Below, piece by piece: positions 42,227 to 56,139 of a stretch of 64,000 nucleotides of DNA. Source of the DNA: Octopus vulgaris (taxonomy: Eukaryota); assembly GCA_951406725.2 (NCBI GenBank), contig OX597820.1:42966001-43030000 (forward strand). The letters are read 5' to 3'. Each line of letters starts with the position of its first letter. The stretch's first letter is position 1. The position numbers and the translations under genes were made by a program. Below the pieces are notes generated by a model, which worked only from the letters and a program-made list of their open reading frames with translations, was not told the DNA's origin and did no database searches.

Positions 42227-43786
42227 AAGAAAGAATTTTTACCAACACACATACAAACTTACGTATACACACACGTATGTATATATATAAATTTCCCCCA
42301 AATGAACTGCGCTTCAAATTCGAGGCTCCTATGAAGCTATAAAGTGTTATTCAGGCACTCAACAACGAGTTCATTGCATCTTATAGTAGTAACAGCTGCA
42401 AGAGCTAATGACGTTCATATGATAATTTATTCATTTGTCATCACTCTTTCTTATATGACATATTATACACACAAGGACGCACGCCCATACATCCACACAT
42501 TTAATAAGCTGTTATATCTAATCCACCCAAGTTATTCACTTATTTCCACGCACGCATATATGTGCCTATATATATGTGTTTGTCTATCTGCATGTACGTA
42601 CATATGTATGTATGTATAACGCCATTGACGAAATTCTACAGTTCTACAATTGGTCCAAGCTATTTGCTTTTTATATCTTTCTATACTTTCAGCGTATAGA
42701 ATTGTATAGAAGTGAATTAAAATACGTGAAACACACCAGTAAACTATATTTTTGTATGATTAATTTAATAATACTTAATATATTTATATATGCTCAATTT
42801 AGTATGGTCGATCTGCTAATGGTAAATAAAGTATATGCTAGTGTAATCTATTTAGTAACGCTTCATAAATGTATTTTAATATGGTCAATTTACTACTCTC
42901 CGTCGATTTGTAACGGTAACTGACTGACTTAAACCGGTCAATTTAATAATTATGACTATCAGTACATTGTATCGTGTCAGTGTGTTTAATTCTAATTGAT
43001 GGATCATACGTTGGTTTTCGATGATGAGGTTTCACTTCTTCAATCAAAGTACGTTCGTATCAAGTGCAGTGTAATTGGGTCAGACGAATCAACATTGTTT
43101 CCTTCTAACTAGTTTTACTCAGAAGACGTGTTGATGCTAGGCTATGACACTCTTACATAAGATTTGATGAAACAGAATCGAACTCGGAATTTCATGGTTA
43201 CGAAACGAGTTTGTTTATTATCCAGTAACGCCTGCATCGACTATTAACTAAGTAAGTGCTATTAGTCAATTTATTAATGTTGATTTCAGTATATATTTGT
43301 GGAGGGATGGAATGAACCAGAAATATGGGATCAGTGATGTCATCGGCTGAAGGGCCTTACTGGAACCATGGTGGGAGGGAAGTCAGTGGAGCGAAAGCAG
43401 GACTAGACTAGGTCTTATTCACTTTGGGGCTGTCGTGGTGTACGGATGTGGACACGTGGACTTGAGGGAGTGTTCTAACCAGAGGTTAGGTGGTAGAGGC
43501 ACCTACGAATATGACCCAGCTGGAAAGTCGATACTACATTAGAACCGGAGAGGTAGATGAATTGTACTTTGTTCCTCATACTATAATTGCTATGATCAAT
43601 TTAGTATATCACGTTGAATTACTGAATAATGTTAAAATGATAAAATACATTTCGCCTTATGTATATTATGGTTAACAGACTTTTAGTAGACAAGAATATT
43701 AGTGATTATAAAACAAAAATTCGGTAGGTGAACATGTTATCAAAACATCCAGAAGTACATTCTGCTTTCGCAATATACATATACAT

Positions 43787-43852
<66 letters not shown>

Positions 43853-44066
43853 CTTTTACTCTTTTACTGGTTTCAATCATTTGACTGCAGCCATGCTGGA
43901 GCATCGCCTTTAGTCGAGCAATTCGACCACAGGACTTATTCTTTGTAAGCTTAGTACTTATTCTATCGGTCTCTTTTGTCGAACCACTAAGTTACGCGGA
44001 CGTAAACACACCAGCATCGGTTGTCAAGCGATGTTGGGGGGATCAAAGACAGATACACAGACATAT

Positions 44067-44132
<66 letters not shown>

Positions 44133-44294
44133 CGGGCTTATTTCAGTTTCCGTTTACCAAATCCGCTCACAAGGCTTTGGGTCAGCCCGAGGCTATAGTG
44201 GAAGACACTTGCCCAAAGTGCCACGCAGTAGGACTGAACCCGGAACCATGTGGTTCATAAGCAAGCTACTTACCACACAGCCACTCCTACGCCT
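43853..44294 (-). mobile_element. Full-length tRNA-derived SINE (26530 family)
   Basis: Reverse-complement match. Confidence 0.9.
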
Positions 44295-45209
44295 ATATAT
44301 TACGTAAATATTCTTCTCATTTTTATCACTTTAATATTCGTGTTAAAAAGCAACTCGTCACCCCAGAAATCTTTCAAAAGAGTTTACAATGATAATATGC
44401 CAGCTTACACTGATCAATAACACTAAACACAAACACCGTCGCTTGTCCTGCTATAAATAGCAGAAAAATTACACCGAATCCTACAGTAAACGCATTTTAC
44501 TGTACGGCTTTAGATACGCAAAATATCAGGGTGACCGTTGTATTTGATCATAAGTCTTTGGAAGAAAGGTTTATCTGGGGTTCAAAATTAACACCTACAT
44601 ATGACACAGACTAACTAGTGAGTTACTTTGTTGTCCGATTTCCTAGAAATCTCATTATGTCTTTTAGAAGAAGAGACACTTTAAACTCCGTGTTCTTAGA
44701 CGCGGTATACGAAACACAAATGCGGAAAATTCATGCGTTAGGACCACTGGTGAAGAGTTGATTAAACAATTCACGGAAAAAATTACTCACCAGAATGTAC
44801 CTTTGTGAACTACCACTATTCCACAGATCACAACTATTTCATTGACAAATAATACGTATTTTCGTTTAGTACTTCCAATTTCAGGATTAAGGCAACGGCT
44901 CTTCTAGATGCACTCCGTATCTAACGACGGCAATATTCTCATTTTGTATTTTTCATATTTCTCTCAACTCTGCAACTCTGCACAGCATACCGAATTTCCC
45001 TTTTTTTTCTGTCAGTCTTTCACCAGTCCCACTCATTGGTTGTGGTCATGGTGAGGCATTGTATTGACGGGTTTAGCCGATCAACTCGACCTCAGCGTTT
45101 ACATTATACGTCTACTACATATTCAACAGAACCACTAGATGCGGGTATTTCAACAGCCCAACACCTATTGTCAAGCTGTGGGACACGTTCACATAAAACA
45201 ATATAATAT

Positions 45210-47118
45210 TGTTACGAACCACCTGCCGTCGCTCAAACTCTTCGGAAAACCCGGGACCCTACCAATTCGAGAGACAACGATTTACCGGACTCAGAGAGAG
45301 AATTCGGTGGGGGAAGGCGGCAGCGAAACCGGCAGGACCGGCGACCGGAGATAACAACAACAACAGGAAGAGACACAAAGAGAGACGGCGGAAGGCAATT
45401 GGCTACATTTAACAACAGTAGTTTATAACAATTATTACATCAAATACATCAAAGAAAATACGTGCAAGAAAGCAAGAAAACAACAAATCAAAGAATGCAG
45501 GTACAATAACAGTTCAGAGACAACAGTTCAAATCAAATCACGTTCACATTATAGTCCAGAGACAAATCAGTTCTACATTAACGATACAGTTCAATACATT
45601 AGAGTCTTTCTCCTTCTTTATTTCTTTTCAACAACTATTTTCACAATGTCTTTACAGAGTTCTTTCTTTTTCCTCTTTCCTTCTTTCTCTTTTTTCAACA
45701 CATTAATTCTTTTACATTTCAACAATTCCTTTTCCTTCTTTTTTTCACATATCAAAACATAAATAAACATAAACCGTTACACAATAGCCAGTGACCTCAT
45801 ACCGTAGTCCTTCTCTCTCTTAGCTCCGTAATACTATCTGCCTGTCTTCCTCTTTCACATACACTGTCATTCTCTCACTTGTCATCCCTCACATTGTCTG
45901 TCTGTCTGTCTTTCTCAACTGACCGCCTTCGCTATAGCCACCTTCTTGGCTGACCGTCCGTATCACTTCCGTCTCTGGCTAGAACTGCCGGCCGACTGTT
46001 ACAGACTCACAGCTCCTGCCTTTTTATAGGGTAGCTTCCTCGAACTTTCTTTGACCGGCACAAGGCCAAAGGTCTCCTCAAAACTCATCACTCTCTCCAG
46101 AATCTGACGGAACAAAGGATGTACTCGCCTGCTTGACGCCAACTCACAAAAAGTCGGTCGCAAACACTGTCCCTGAATTGATCCCCATAACACTACCCCC
46201 TACGTAAGCTTTGTCGACCCGACAGAAGCACACTAAACCCGTACCTCCGAGGGCGAGCTCCAGCAGATGTTCCAGGAACTGGAGGTCTCCTTGGGTAGTT
46301 TCTCTTCCGGAGGTCTCGCTTCCCACGGCCACCACTTCACCACCGGCCACAAGTTGGCATCTTCCCTCTGCGGCTCTGGTAACGTCTCCGCCAAGGCTGC
46401 GAGGCCTCCTACGAGCCGCCTACAATGGGCGCACCGTCCGAGGGAGTTCCCTAGCTCCCTCACACAGGCAGAGTCCGGCCAATCCTTCACAGTGGACACC
46501 TCCCTCAGCGCTCTATACCCCACGTAGCACCTTGCTGTGCCGTCTCCATTCTGCACAACTAAGGCCGACGACCAGGGACCGTTCCGCCCTTTCACTGTTC
46601 CCTGTCGCCGATATCTCCTCATCTTTCGCTGCCGAACTGGGACCATCTTCCGGCCTTGCTGCCTCCTCGAGCGCCGACCGCCCGGGTCGACGAAACGTTC
46701 CGCCAGGTCCGTGCGACCAACATCCAACAACCCTCGCGACCCACGTCCTGCGCTTTTCACCAATGTTGCGCTTCTTCCGCAACATCCGAGTGCCAAGCAA
46801 GCACCGACGACTCCTTGCGGACCGCCTCCGCAACTGCACAGGTAGACCACCATCTCCAACTGCATCACTGTATTGGCAGAACTGGCCCTGCCGCTGGTTC
46901 ACCATCCGGCGCAGTTCCCCGATTTGCCCTCTGCAAATCGCCTGCGCAGCCTCCAATAAATCGGCCGACCCACTTTCTTGGCTGACTTTCCGTATCACTT
47001 CCGTCTCTGGCTAGAACTCTCTCCAGAATCTGACGGAACAAAGGATTTACTCGCCTGCTTGACGCCAGCTCACAAAAAGTCGGTCGCAAACACTGTCCCT
47101 GAATTGACCCCCATAACA
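45210..47118 (-). mobile_element. Internally deleted LTR retrotransposon: complete 3' LTR (46192-45210), PPT, ~780 bp internal remnant, truncated 5' LTR (47118 to ~46972)
   Basis: TGTTA...TAACA termini, ATAT on both sides, AGGGGGTAG PPT next to the LTR, LTR start duplicated, TATAAAAAGG at ~46020-46029 (minus). Confidence 0.88.
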
Positions 47119-47334
47119 ATATGTATGTATATGTGCATATTCAATTAGAGGTTATGGTAGGCTAAGAAGGGATGGTGTCATCCAAGGGAATATTTCCCCC
47201 CTCTGAAGATATTATGCTCAGAATATTTAATTGATTCACTGAGTATTAATTGAAACAGGTGTAAGGGATGATGTTTGATTTGTTGTTAATAATGTACAAT
47301 TATTGAATTCCCAATCGCCACTTTCTTTTTTTTC

Positions 47335-47380
<46 letters not shown>

Positions 47381-47672
47381 ACATATACATATACACGATG
47401 TGCGTCCATTCTCTATCAAATTCATTCAAAAGGCATTGGCTGCCGCAGCTGAGTGAGCCTGTGGTGCTTAGCAGTAGGAGCCGACTGAGTTGCCTGATGT
47501 GCTACGCATTAGAATGGGACCCTAAACCACATTGTTCTTAACCACACACCCAAGCCAAGCCTAAAGTGAACGTTTCCAAACGACAGTGGATAAATTCTTG
47601 TAGTGGTTTACTATCACTAGTCACGTTGATTTACGGTGTTTACCGAGTCGCTGGAACGTTCTCTCTTTATCG

Positions 47673-47732
<60 letters not shown>

Positions 47733-48513
47733 CATTATTTACAAAATATGAGCTAAAACAAGATTAAGAACTGAAAAGAAACCTGCATATGATTAAATAT
47801 GAGCAATGCTATGTTCACGTGACTAAATTTATAACCACAAATATGTTACTTCATACTCAGACATGCGTAAACATCTGATGTTAAAAGTAATGTTATTAAT
47901 TGCAAAAGCAAACGAACATAGCTATAATAACTGTGATAATTTACTAATTATACGAATCCAATTAATAACATTTTAAATCAATATAAAGCGTGCGAAACTT
48001 GCTTGCGTTCTTAAAGTTCATTTCACACTGTGGTTTTCAACATGATAAAAAACTGTGAAGACTCTTTTTCCTTTTGATTCATAATGTAATCCACATAAAG
48101 AACGTTGTTTTTGCTCCTATGTATTGAGGGTACATCTCGTCAATTGAGGCAAATGCCATCAGTTGCTTTGTGCATGTGCGTCTTAGTTTTTGCTGTTGTT
48201 TTTGTTGTTTTTTTATGCTCTATATTTCACTTGATGCATGGCATATAACCGACACGTTTAAAGTGTAAAATGTGAAACTTTTAAAAGAAGCGTGACTTGT
48301 AAATTACTTGTAAACACCATTTCTTTCTCTTTCATTTATGATGTAAAAGAAAAAAAAAGATTAAAATCAAAACGGATCAAATACTTCTTTAGCAAATAAA
48401 ACCACAGAAAAACTCACCTGTTCACACGCACATACATACACAAATGTAAGCACATATGTATATACATGAACACGCAATCACGCGCACACACATATGTATG
48501 AATGTTTTGTATG

Positions 48514-48573
<60 letters not shown>

Positions 48574-48577
<4 letters not shown>

Positions 48578-48967
48578 CGTATTTTTGCCATTTCAATATG
48601 GCTAACCCCTAAGGGTTGATGCTACTGTAGTTTTTAGCCCCAGGAGGACACACTCCTCCAGCTGGCCATAGACACACTATCTGTGTCCTGTCAGTATTTG
48701 CAAAGGGAAGTCATCCTTCCCGTCTTCAACTTATGATACACACGGACTCGAGTTTCGAGGTATTGACCTCTCGTCAGCGTGTGACAATCATAGTTGTCGC
48801 CGAGAATTAGATTTCCTTCACAAATACTTATACTTTTTCCAGCGTCCACTGTCGCTGATATTGAAAAAGTGAAATCAAACAATGATAAATATCAAAGTGA
48901 GTTATATACAGTAGCGGTAACACATCGTGACGTATTTTTGCCATTTCAATATGGCTAACCCCTAAGG
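48574..48967 (-). mobile_element. Retrozyme-like element: 353-nt unit plus 41-nt exact terminal redundancy, inside (TA)n
   Basis: GTGACGTATTTTTGCCATTTCAATATGGCTAACCCCTAAGG at 48574-48614 and 48927-48967; internal hammerhead; no credible ORF. Confidence 0.85.
48727..48796 (-). ncRNA. Type I hammerhead ribozyme with intact core
   Basis: CAAC UAUGAU UGU CACACG CUGACGA GAGGU CAAU ACCUC GAA ACUCGAGU C^ CGUGUG U AUCAUA A GUUG; predicted cleavage between 48745 and 48744. Confidence 0.93.
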
Positions 48968-49062
48968 ATATATATATATATATATTTATTTATATATATA
49001 TATATAAATATATATATAAATATATAAGTTTGGAATACTATTCCCTCATATTATTATTATTA

Positions 49063-49139
<77 letters not shown>

Positions 49140-49177
49140 ATTATTATTATTATATATATATATATATATATATATTT

Positions 49178-49478
49178 ACTCGAAGGGTGTTCATTAAAGA
49201 TTTGCTCTGACTCAGTTCTGATTATTGCAAGAAGCGGGACTTGAACAGGTATACTTATACATGTCTCTGCATGTCACATTGTAAATTGTAGCTTTCCACT
49301 GATATTCGTTTGTCTTTTACGGCTGCTGAATCGGACTAAGGTGTTATTATGGAGGAGTTGAATGGAGATTACTGTTCAGGATCTTATACATAAAAGGTCG
49401 TACACCAAAAGAGACTTTCGATGAGACGAAAGGAGTTTAAACGTAGTTAAGCTTTGGCAGCGCCAGTTCAAATGTGCC
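49178..49478 (+). mobile_element. mariner 5' fossil (HTH region)
   Basis: LYIKGRTPKETFDE...VVKLWQRQFKC. Confidence 0.6.
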
Positions 49479-51024
49479 AGTTAACAGAGCGAGTGACCAA
49501 GTTAAGGTTCCCACATCGGCATGGTATGTTGGTGTTTGGCGCCATGCGTGGCAGCCGTTTGTAGCATTTGTTAAGACAACAGTTACCAGGTCAGGAAGTT
49601 GGCTTGTACGATCATGCCCGTCCTTATATCTCTATGTCTTGCGTTCGAAACATTGAAGGATGGTATAGAAACGCCCACATTTATGGGTGTATGAGTATGC
49701 TTATGTTTTTAACGTGATATTTTGAGTAGGTGGGAATATCTAAAATGTTTCGTTGGTAGTCCCGATATCCATGTATAATGATCTAAGAAGTGAGATCATC
49801 AAGATACTGTGATAAAAATAAATAATAATAACACAATGATAATTGGACATTAATAAACAGAAATAACAGCACAGATCTAATAGGAAAACAAAAGGAACTT
49901 CAAAGCGCGAGTAGCAATATAAGATGATTTGTTATACCCAAACCTAACCTCAATTTATCCTGACGAATCATTTGTTTCGGTTCCTTGCATCTGAGTTCCA
50001 ATCCCATCGGGGCCTATTTTGGTCGAAACCATAATCCGTGGCCATGATTAACATTACATCGAAGCCTTTGAGCTCCTTTAGCACAATCCACTGCTTTGCA
50101 CGCATTCGAAGAAGGTCATCGGTTTGAATATAAATTATTTTACCTCGCCCTCCTTTCTACCATTGAACAGAATTATGAGTACTGCATGTTCTCTTGACTA
50201 AGTAGTGAATTCGTCGCAAAATCACATACATATACACACTCATCTACACACACATAAATATATAAACAAATATATGTGAATACGGATATGTGTATTTGTG
50301 TATGTACATAAAAACTCCTGCGTTTTCTTCCGTGCAGTTGCATGTACAAGTACATGTACACATACAGAAACATATATATATAAGTACGTGTCCATGTATA
50401 TGCCTACATATTCTTCTAACGAAGTATAATTTTAATCAAATTTACAAATATAAAGGCTAACAAAAAGTAGGTTGACAGCCGGTCAGAGAGCAAGCAATTC
50501 GCACATTGTCACATTTACTCATATCTATAAGAACTGTATTATGTGTCTCCTTCCATCTGTTTCACTATTTGTATCAATAATACATATGAATGAATAATAT
50601 ATCACTTCCAAAGTGACCAATGCTGTTTAACAGCGTAACCCATTATATCAAATAATTTCGCAATGCTGAATGAAGAAATAAATAGTGAAAGGCCATATTT
50701 AATTATGAATGAAGGGTGGCAGAATTTGTTGCTGCTTAACAAATTACGGAATACAGAATGCAGAATATTTAATTGGCAAAATCGCTAGTTGGACACAATG
50801 CCTTGCGGTGTTTGGCTTCATTAGGTGACTTCGCTCTTGCTTTGTGTTCGAATGAAGCCGTGGCCAGGTTGAGCTCCATAGAATAAGAATTAGGAAAATA
50901 GGTGTAAGCAGGGTCGACTGGTTAAGATCATTTTGCAACCTCAGGGTTTAGGGTTCAACCTAGTGCTCCATACCGTCCAATTGTGGGTGAATTTGATAGG
51001 TAGAAACGCGAGGAAGGCTATCGA

Positions 51025-51109
<85 letters not shown>

Positions 51110-51111
<2 letters not shown>

Positions 51112-52135
51112 CAGGAATACAAAAAATGGGACAAGAATGCAAATCATCCAGACAGCTAGATGATACAAAAAAGGGACAAGAAAAAACACTGACGTGTCAT
51201 TCGAAGTTTTCTTTCCTCAGTCGAGTTCTAGATTATTTTTGCAATTTCGGCTGGTTATACTCGAGATTGCTCAAATCTGGCTAGCCCCAAGGAAAAACTA
51301 AGCCAAAAGCACTAGATTTCTTGGAAGAAAGCAGCGAATGTAAACGAATACAAGGACGAAAAAAATAAAACGAAGAAATGGTACACAAAAACAAATATAA
51401 ATAACAGGGCATAACATCAGGTGTCTTTCGAGCTGGCGTGTGTGGAAGTGAAGCCTTATGGCTGGGACATAAAAAATGACAGGCATGGTGAGGAATATAG
51501 ATATTGCACGGATGGTAGTCGAACCAAGAAAGAAAGCTCAGGGCTGGCCGAACTCCGGTCACGTAGAGAGAGAGAGGAGAGATGTAGAGGTAGAGGGACA
51601 GAAGAATTAGGGAGGGACGAGAAAGAAGAAAAGGGAGGGTGTGAAGTGAAAGAGGAGGGAACGTGAGAATGAAGAGAAAGCAAGGAATAGTTGTGTTGAT
51701 CCTAAATTATTCCATGTATATATTGGCTATTATCGGTGATAATGGCGATCCCATAGCTAAACCTTCTTCTTATCAATGTCCATTCTGAAGTAGATAGTTT
51801 CTACACAGAAGGTCAACTTTTCCATAAGGTTTCCTATTGGTATACTAATACGTTCATTTAGATGGGTGTCTGTCACTAGTTTTTCTTCAATCACCGAAAA
51901 TGCTTCATCAGTTGGGACTTTGTTGAACTGCATCCGTCACATTTAGACTCACCATCTGGTTGGATCCAATGGGAGGTATTCTTGATCAATGCTGTGAAGT
52001 GGATGGAATTCTTCACGTACAATATTGACTAATGGACTGATTATATCCACTAGGAAACGGCTCGGTGGATGACATGCTGAACCTCTACAGCTCAGCTCAT
52101 TATAGGTCTTAATGGAATAGCATCCTTGTTCTTAA
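51110..52135 (-). mobile_element. Penelope-like element remnant (RT fossil 51690-52135 and probable pLTR ~51110-51440)
   Basis: IPLRPI, YVKNS..F, VPTDEA, GLAMGSPLSPIIANIYME. Confidence 0.8.
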
Positions 52136-52152
52136 TCAAGATCTGTGACAGA

Positions 52153-52452
<300 letters not shown>

Positions 52453-52599
52453 CGCCATCATCATTATATTCTTACTATTCCCAAGTGATTACATGTTAAT
52501 TTAATTGAGAGGAATATTAGCTTGAGATTTGGTGACGACCATTCCCCTTAGCTATGGAGACTCTCTCTGAGGATTCCTGGAGAATACAAGATTACTTTT

Positions 52600-52920
52600 T
52601 CATGGCGGTCGACAACGCGTTTTCGTCTGGCATCCTTCGCCAGTTTTCTTTACTCCCAGCGTCTTTAGTTTGTTGCATGAATTGGCCATATAATTCCATT
52701 TCTTTCTTTGTACTTATTTTGTTGTTCTTCCTGTTCTTGAATTTTCTTACAGTTTCATTAACTATTTCGACATCATTAGTCCCTAATAGTATTTTCCTTC
52801 ACCCCATACAGCAACATTTTTCCGCCCCAATATCGTACCACCAACGTTGTCTTCTGCATATATAAATTCTTTGCTTCACTCCTTTCTTCGTAAACAGAGT
52901 CTGTTGGTATCAGTTTTAGG
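52600..52920 (-). mobile_element. Decayed R4/Dong fragment
   Basis: ELYGQFMQQTKD..SKENWR relic. Confidence 0.5.
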
Positions 52921-53315
52921 GTAGTGCGTGGTGTGCATTGTGAACAGCTTCCTAGTTCTATGTTCTATCTACGTTTTGTGGCTCGATCTGTATTTTCTAG
53001 AAGAACTAGACAGAACTAATTGACTTAACATTTAAGTGGTTAACCATTCCGCAGATACAGTCGTATCTTTAGTTAACTTGTAAACAAAATAAGCATGTTA
53101 TATGGCTCTAACATTCAAATATAGATACAATCAGTCTGATGGGCTTCCACTTAGCTTCGTTAAATAAGATTCCCGGGGTGTCAAGCCCTGGGATCGAATC
53201 AACAACAGTGATATTGGTAAAAGAAGAATACTTATATAGCGTTCGATCATGCTGCATCCATACATTTATGTGTACATACATATATATACATATATATTTA
53301 CACACATGCACACAC

Positions 53316-53734
53316 GTCGATGGCCAGCTGGAGAAGATATTTTCCTGCGGCTAAATAGTAGTAACCTTCATCCTAATCAGGGCTGACACTTTACATTGGC
53401 AAATAAACTCTAGTCCCAAGTACTGTTGCTGCATGTTTCTCGTTCATGTCTACGAGATTAGTGACTGTGTATCATTTTAAAAGTATATACTTTGAAAAAG
53501 ATTTAGAGCTACCATCTTCAGACAAGCGATTATTCTTTGCTGATGAAGAGAAATACCTCAGAAAACATTGGTACACAGATATCGGTTTGACTTGAGTGGA
53601 GACATTATCTCCCTTGTTCGAAGTATAAGGACACAGTTAGTCGGTCGATAGACAGCTTGAGATGTTTTCCTGGGGTTAAATAGTATTAACATTCGTCCTA
53701 ATCAAGACTGCCACTTAATGGTGGCAAATAAACT
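53316..53734 (+). mobile_element. Decayed retrozyme-like element: ~328-nt unit plus ~92-nt terminal redundancy, with a mutated type I hammerhead (53527-53584)
   Basis: Repeats 53316-53409 and 53644-53734; CGAU UAU UCUUUG CUGAUGA AGAG AAAUAC CUCA GAA AACAUUGGU A CACAGA U AUCG; downstream blocks shared with the 48574-48967 element. Confidence 0.75.
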
Positions 53735-53737
53735 TTA

Positions 53738-53771
<34 letters not shown>

Positions 53772-53772
53772 T

Positions 53773-53828
<56 letters not shown>

Positions 53829-53850
53829 TGTGTGTGTGCATATATATATA

Positions 53851-55110
53851 TTGGGGTTGGACAAAATAGTGGAAACACCTTAAAATTTCAAACAAATTTA
53901 TATTAATATTGGGTAGGACCGCCTTTGGCTGTAATTACAGCTTGAATTCTAGAAGGTATGAACTAGTACGAAGTTTGAATTGTTTCCAAAGGAATTTTTG
54001 TCCATTCTTCAACTAAAACAGTTACCAGTTCATGTAGTGATGATGGTGGAATATATCGACTCCTTGTTTTTCTAAAATGCACTATAAATGTTCAATAATA
54101 TTGAGATCCGGGGGTTGTGGTTGCCAGATAAGATGTTCAACTTCACTAGAATGCTTCTCGTGCCATTCAGTAACAATTTTAGCTGTATGAATTGGTGCAT
54201 TATCATCCTGAAAGATTGCATTTCCCCCTGGAAACAGTTCTGCAAACATAGGATGAATTCGATCAGATAAAATTGACTATTAATTCTGCCATGAAGGGAA
54301 ACCATTGACCTGGCGGATTTACAAGATTTAGCCCTCACCCTAGATCATCACAGATCTTCCTCGCTCTTTAACAGTTGGAAGAAGGTAACCTGGGTCAAAT
54401 GCTTCCTTTGTTTTTCTCCAAACGTATACTTGGCCGGTGTCGGAAATAAAGCAAAGTATGACTCGTCCGAGAAAATAACATTCTTCCACTGCTCTAGGAA
54501 TCAATCCTGTAGATTTTTACTCCACTCTAAACGCTTTGCAACATTTGTTTTTGAAAGTAGTGGTTTTCTGATTGCAGCCCGCTCGAGAAATCCGGCTGTG
54601 TGCAGCTCCCGGCAAACAGCTTTTGCGGAAACTGGGTTCACAAGGTGGTCATTAATCTCTGCAGTAATTTTGGGAGCTATATTTTTGTGACCCTTTCTAA
54701 CAATTCGCGTAAGAATCCGACGTTTCCTATCTGAAAGATTTGGTTTTCTTCCAGAGTTTTATTTCAACGTAGTGGTTTTTCCCTCTTTCTCAAAGGCTGT
54801 CATTACTTTCGAGGCAGTAGTTCTTGAAACATCAAACATTTCGGCTGTTTTCGTTATACTAACGCCTGCCATACGGTCACCAACAATTTGACCTCTTTAA
54901 AAGTTCGATAGATCTGTCATTTTAATGAATTTTAATTACCTTTTTATTGATGATATCTGAAAAGAAACAGCAACTTTAGCAAAACATATTATGCAACACT
55001 ATTAATAAATCAAAAAAACATAAAAATAAACAAGCTTTGACGGTTTTATAGATATTCCAAAATTATAATGCTATGATGCTAGGAGTTTCCAATATTTTGT
55101 CCAACCCCTG
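53851..55110 (-). mobile_element. Tc1 DNA transposon with both TIRs; transposase pseudogene ~54920-53903
   Basis: TIR GGGGTTGGACAAAATA.TGGAAAC.CCT at both ends; MTDLSNF*RGQIVG, VIFSDES, FQDDNAPIH and PDLNIIEH motifs. Confidence 0.92.
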
Positions 55111-55116
55111 TGTGTG

Positions 55117-55490
<374 letters not shown>

Positions 55491-56139
55491 GAGAGGAAGA
55501 GAGAGAGAGAAACAGTGTGTGTATGTGTGTGGTTGCATGCGTATATCTAATTCTGTGTAGTAAAATTTAGAAGCTTAATGTTTCAGTTGAAACTGATAAA
55601 AATATGAAACATCGGTAACAAAGATGGCGTCTGGAAGATTTCCTCAGCCATTGAGGTGCTGCTGATATTAAGCAAAGCTGATAGATTCACACTTATATAT
55701 TCGGTGAGTTGATACAGCTAGACCCAGTCTTTGACTGTAGATTGGCACATCAAAAAGACTAACATCGTTTGCACAGTATGATTTAATTTTTCTCGGAGAA
55801 AACTTCACTGGAAGTTGTTATGGCACTTCTCTTTTAAATATGTATGAGTTAAGTTTTAATCCTGGTGAAAGATTTCGGGGAATCCACTGAGGAATACGTT
55901 TCGATTTTCATGTAGCATCCATTTAACTAGCTGTGTCATTAATAAGTTTCGACAAGAAAAGAATTATTAAACTAATCATTAGCTCGGCTATAATGAAATA
56001 CTGTGTTTAGTTTTCCTATTTTCTTTTTCATAGAAATACATTATTTTTGATTTTTCTGTAACAATGAAATTTAGTTATTGAGTTTTTGAAAAGAATGCAT
56101 GAGGTTTAATAAAAAATTAGGTAAAAATTATTTACCTAA

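Noticed and set aside
51190-51225. Minus-strand CUGAGGA-AAG-AAAA-CUU-CGAAU motif in the Penelope remnant
   Set aside because: Core incomplete and stem I unsupported; not called as a ribozyme
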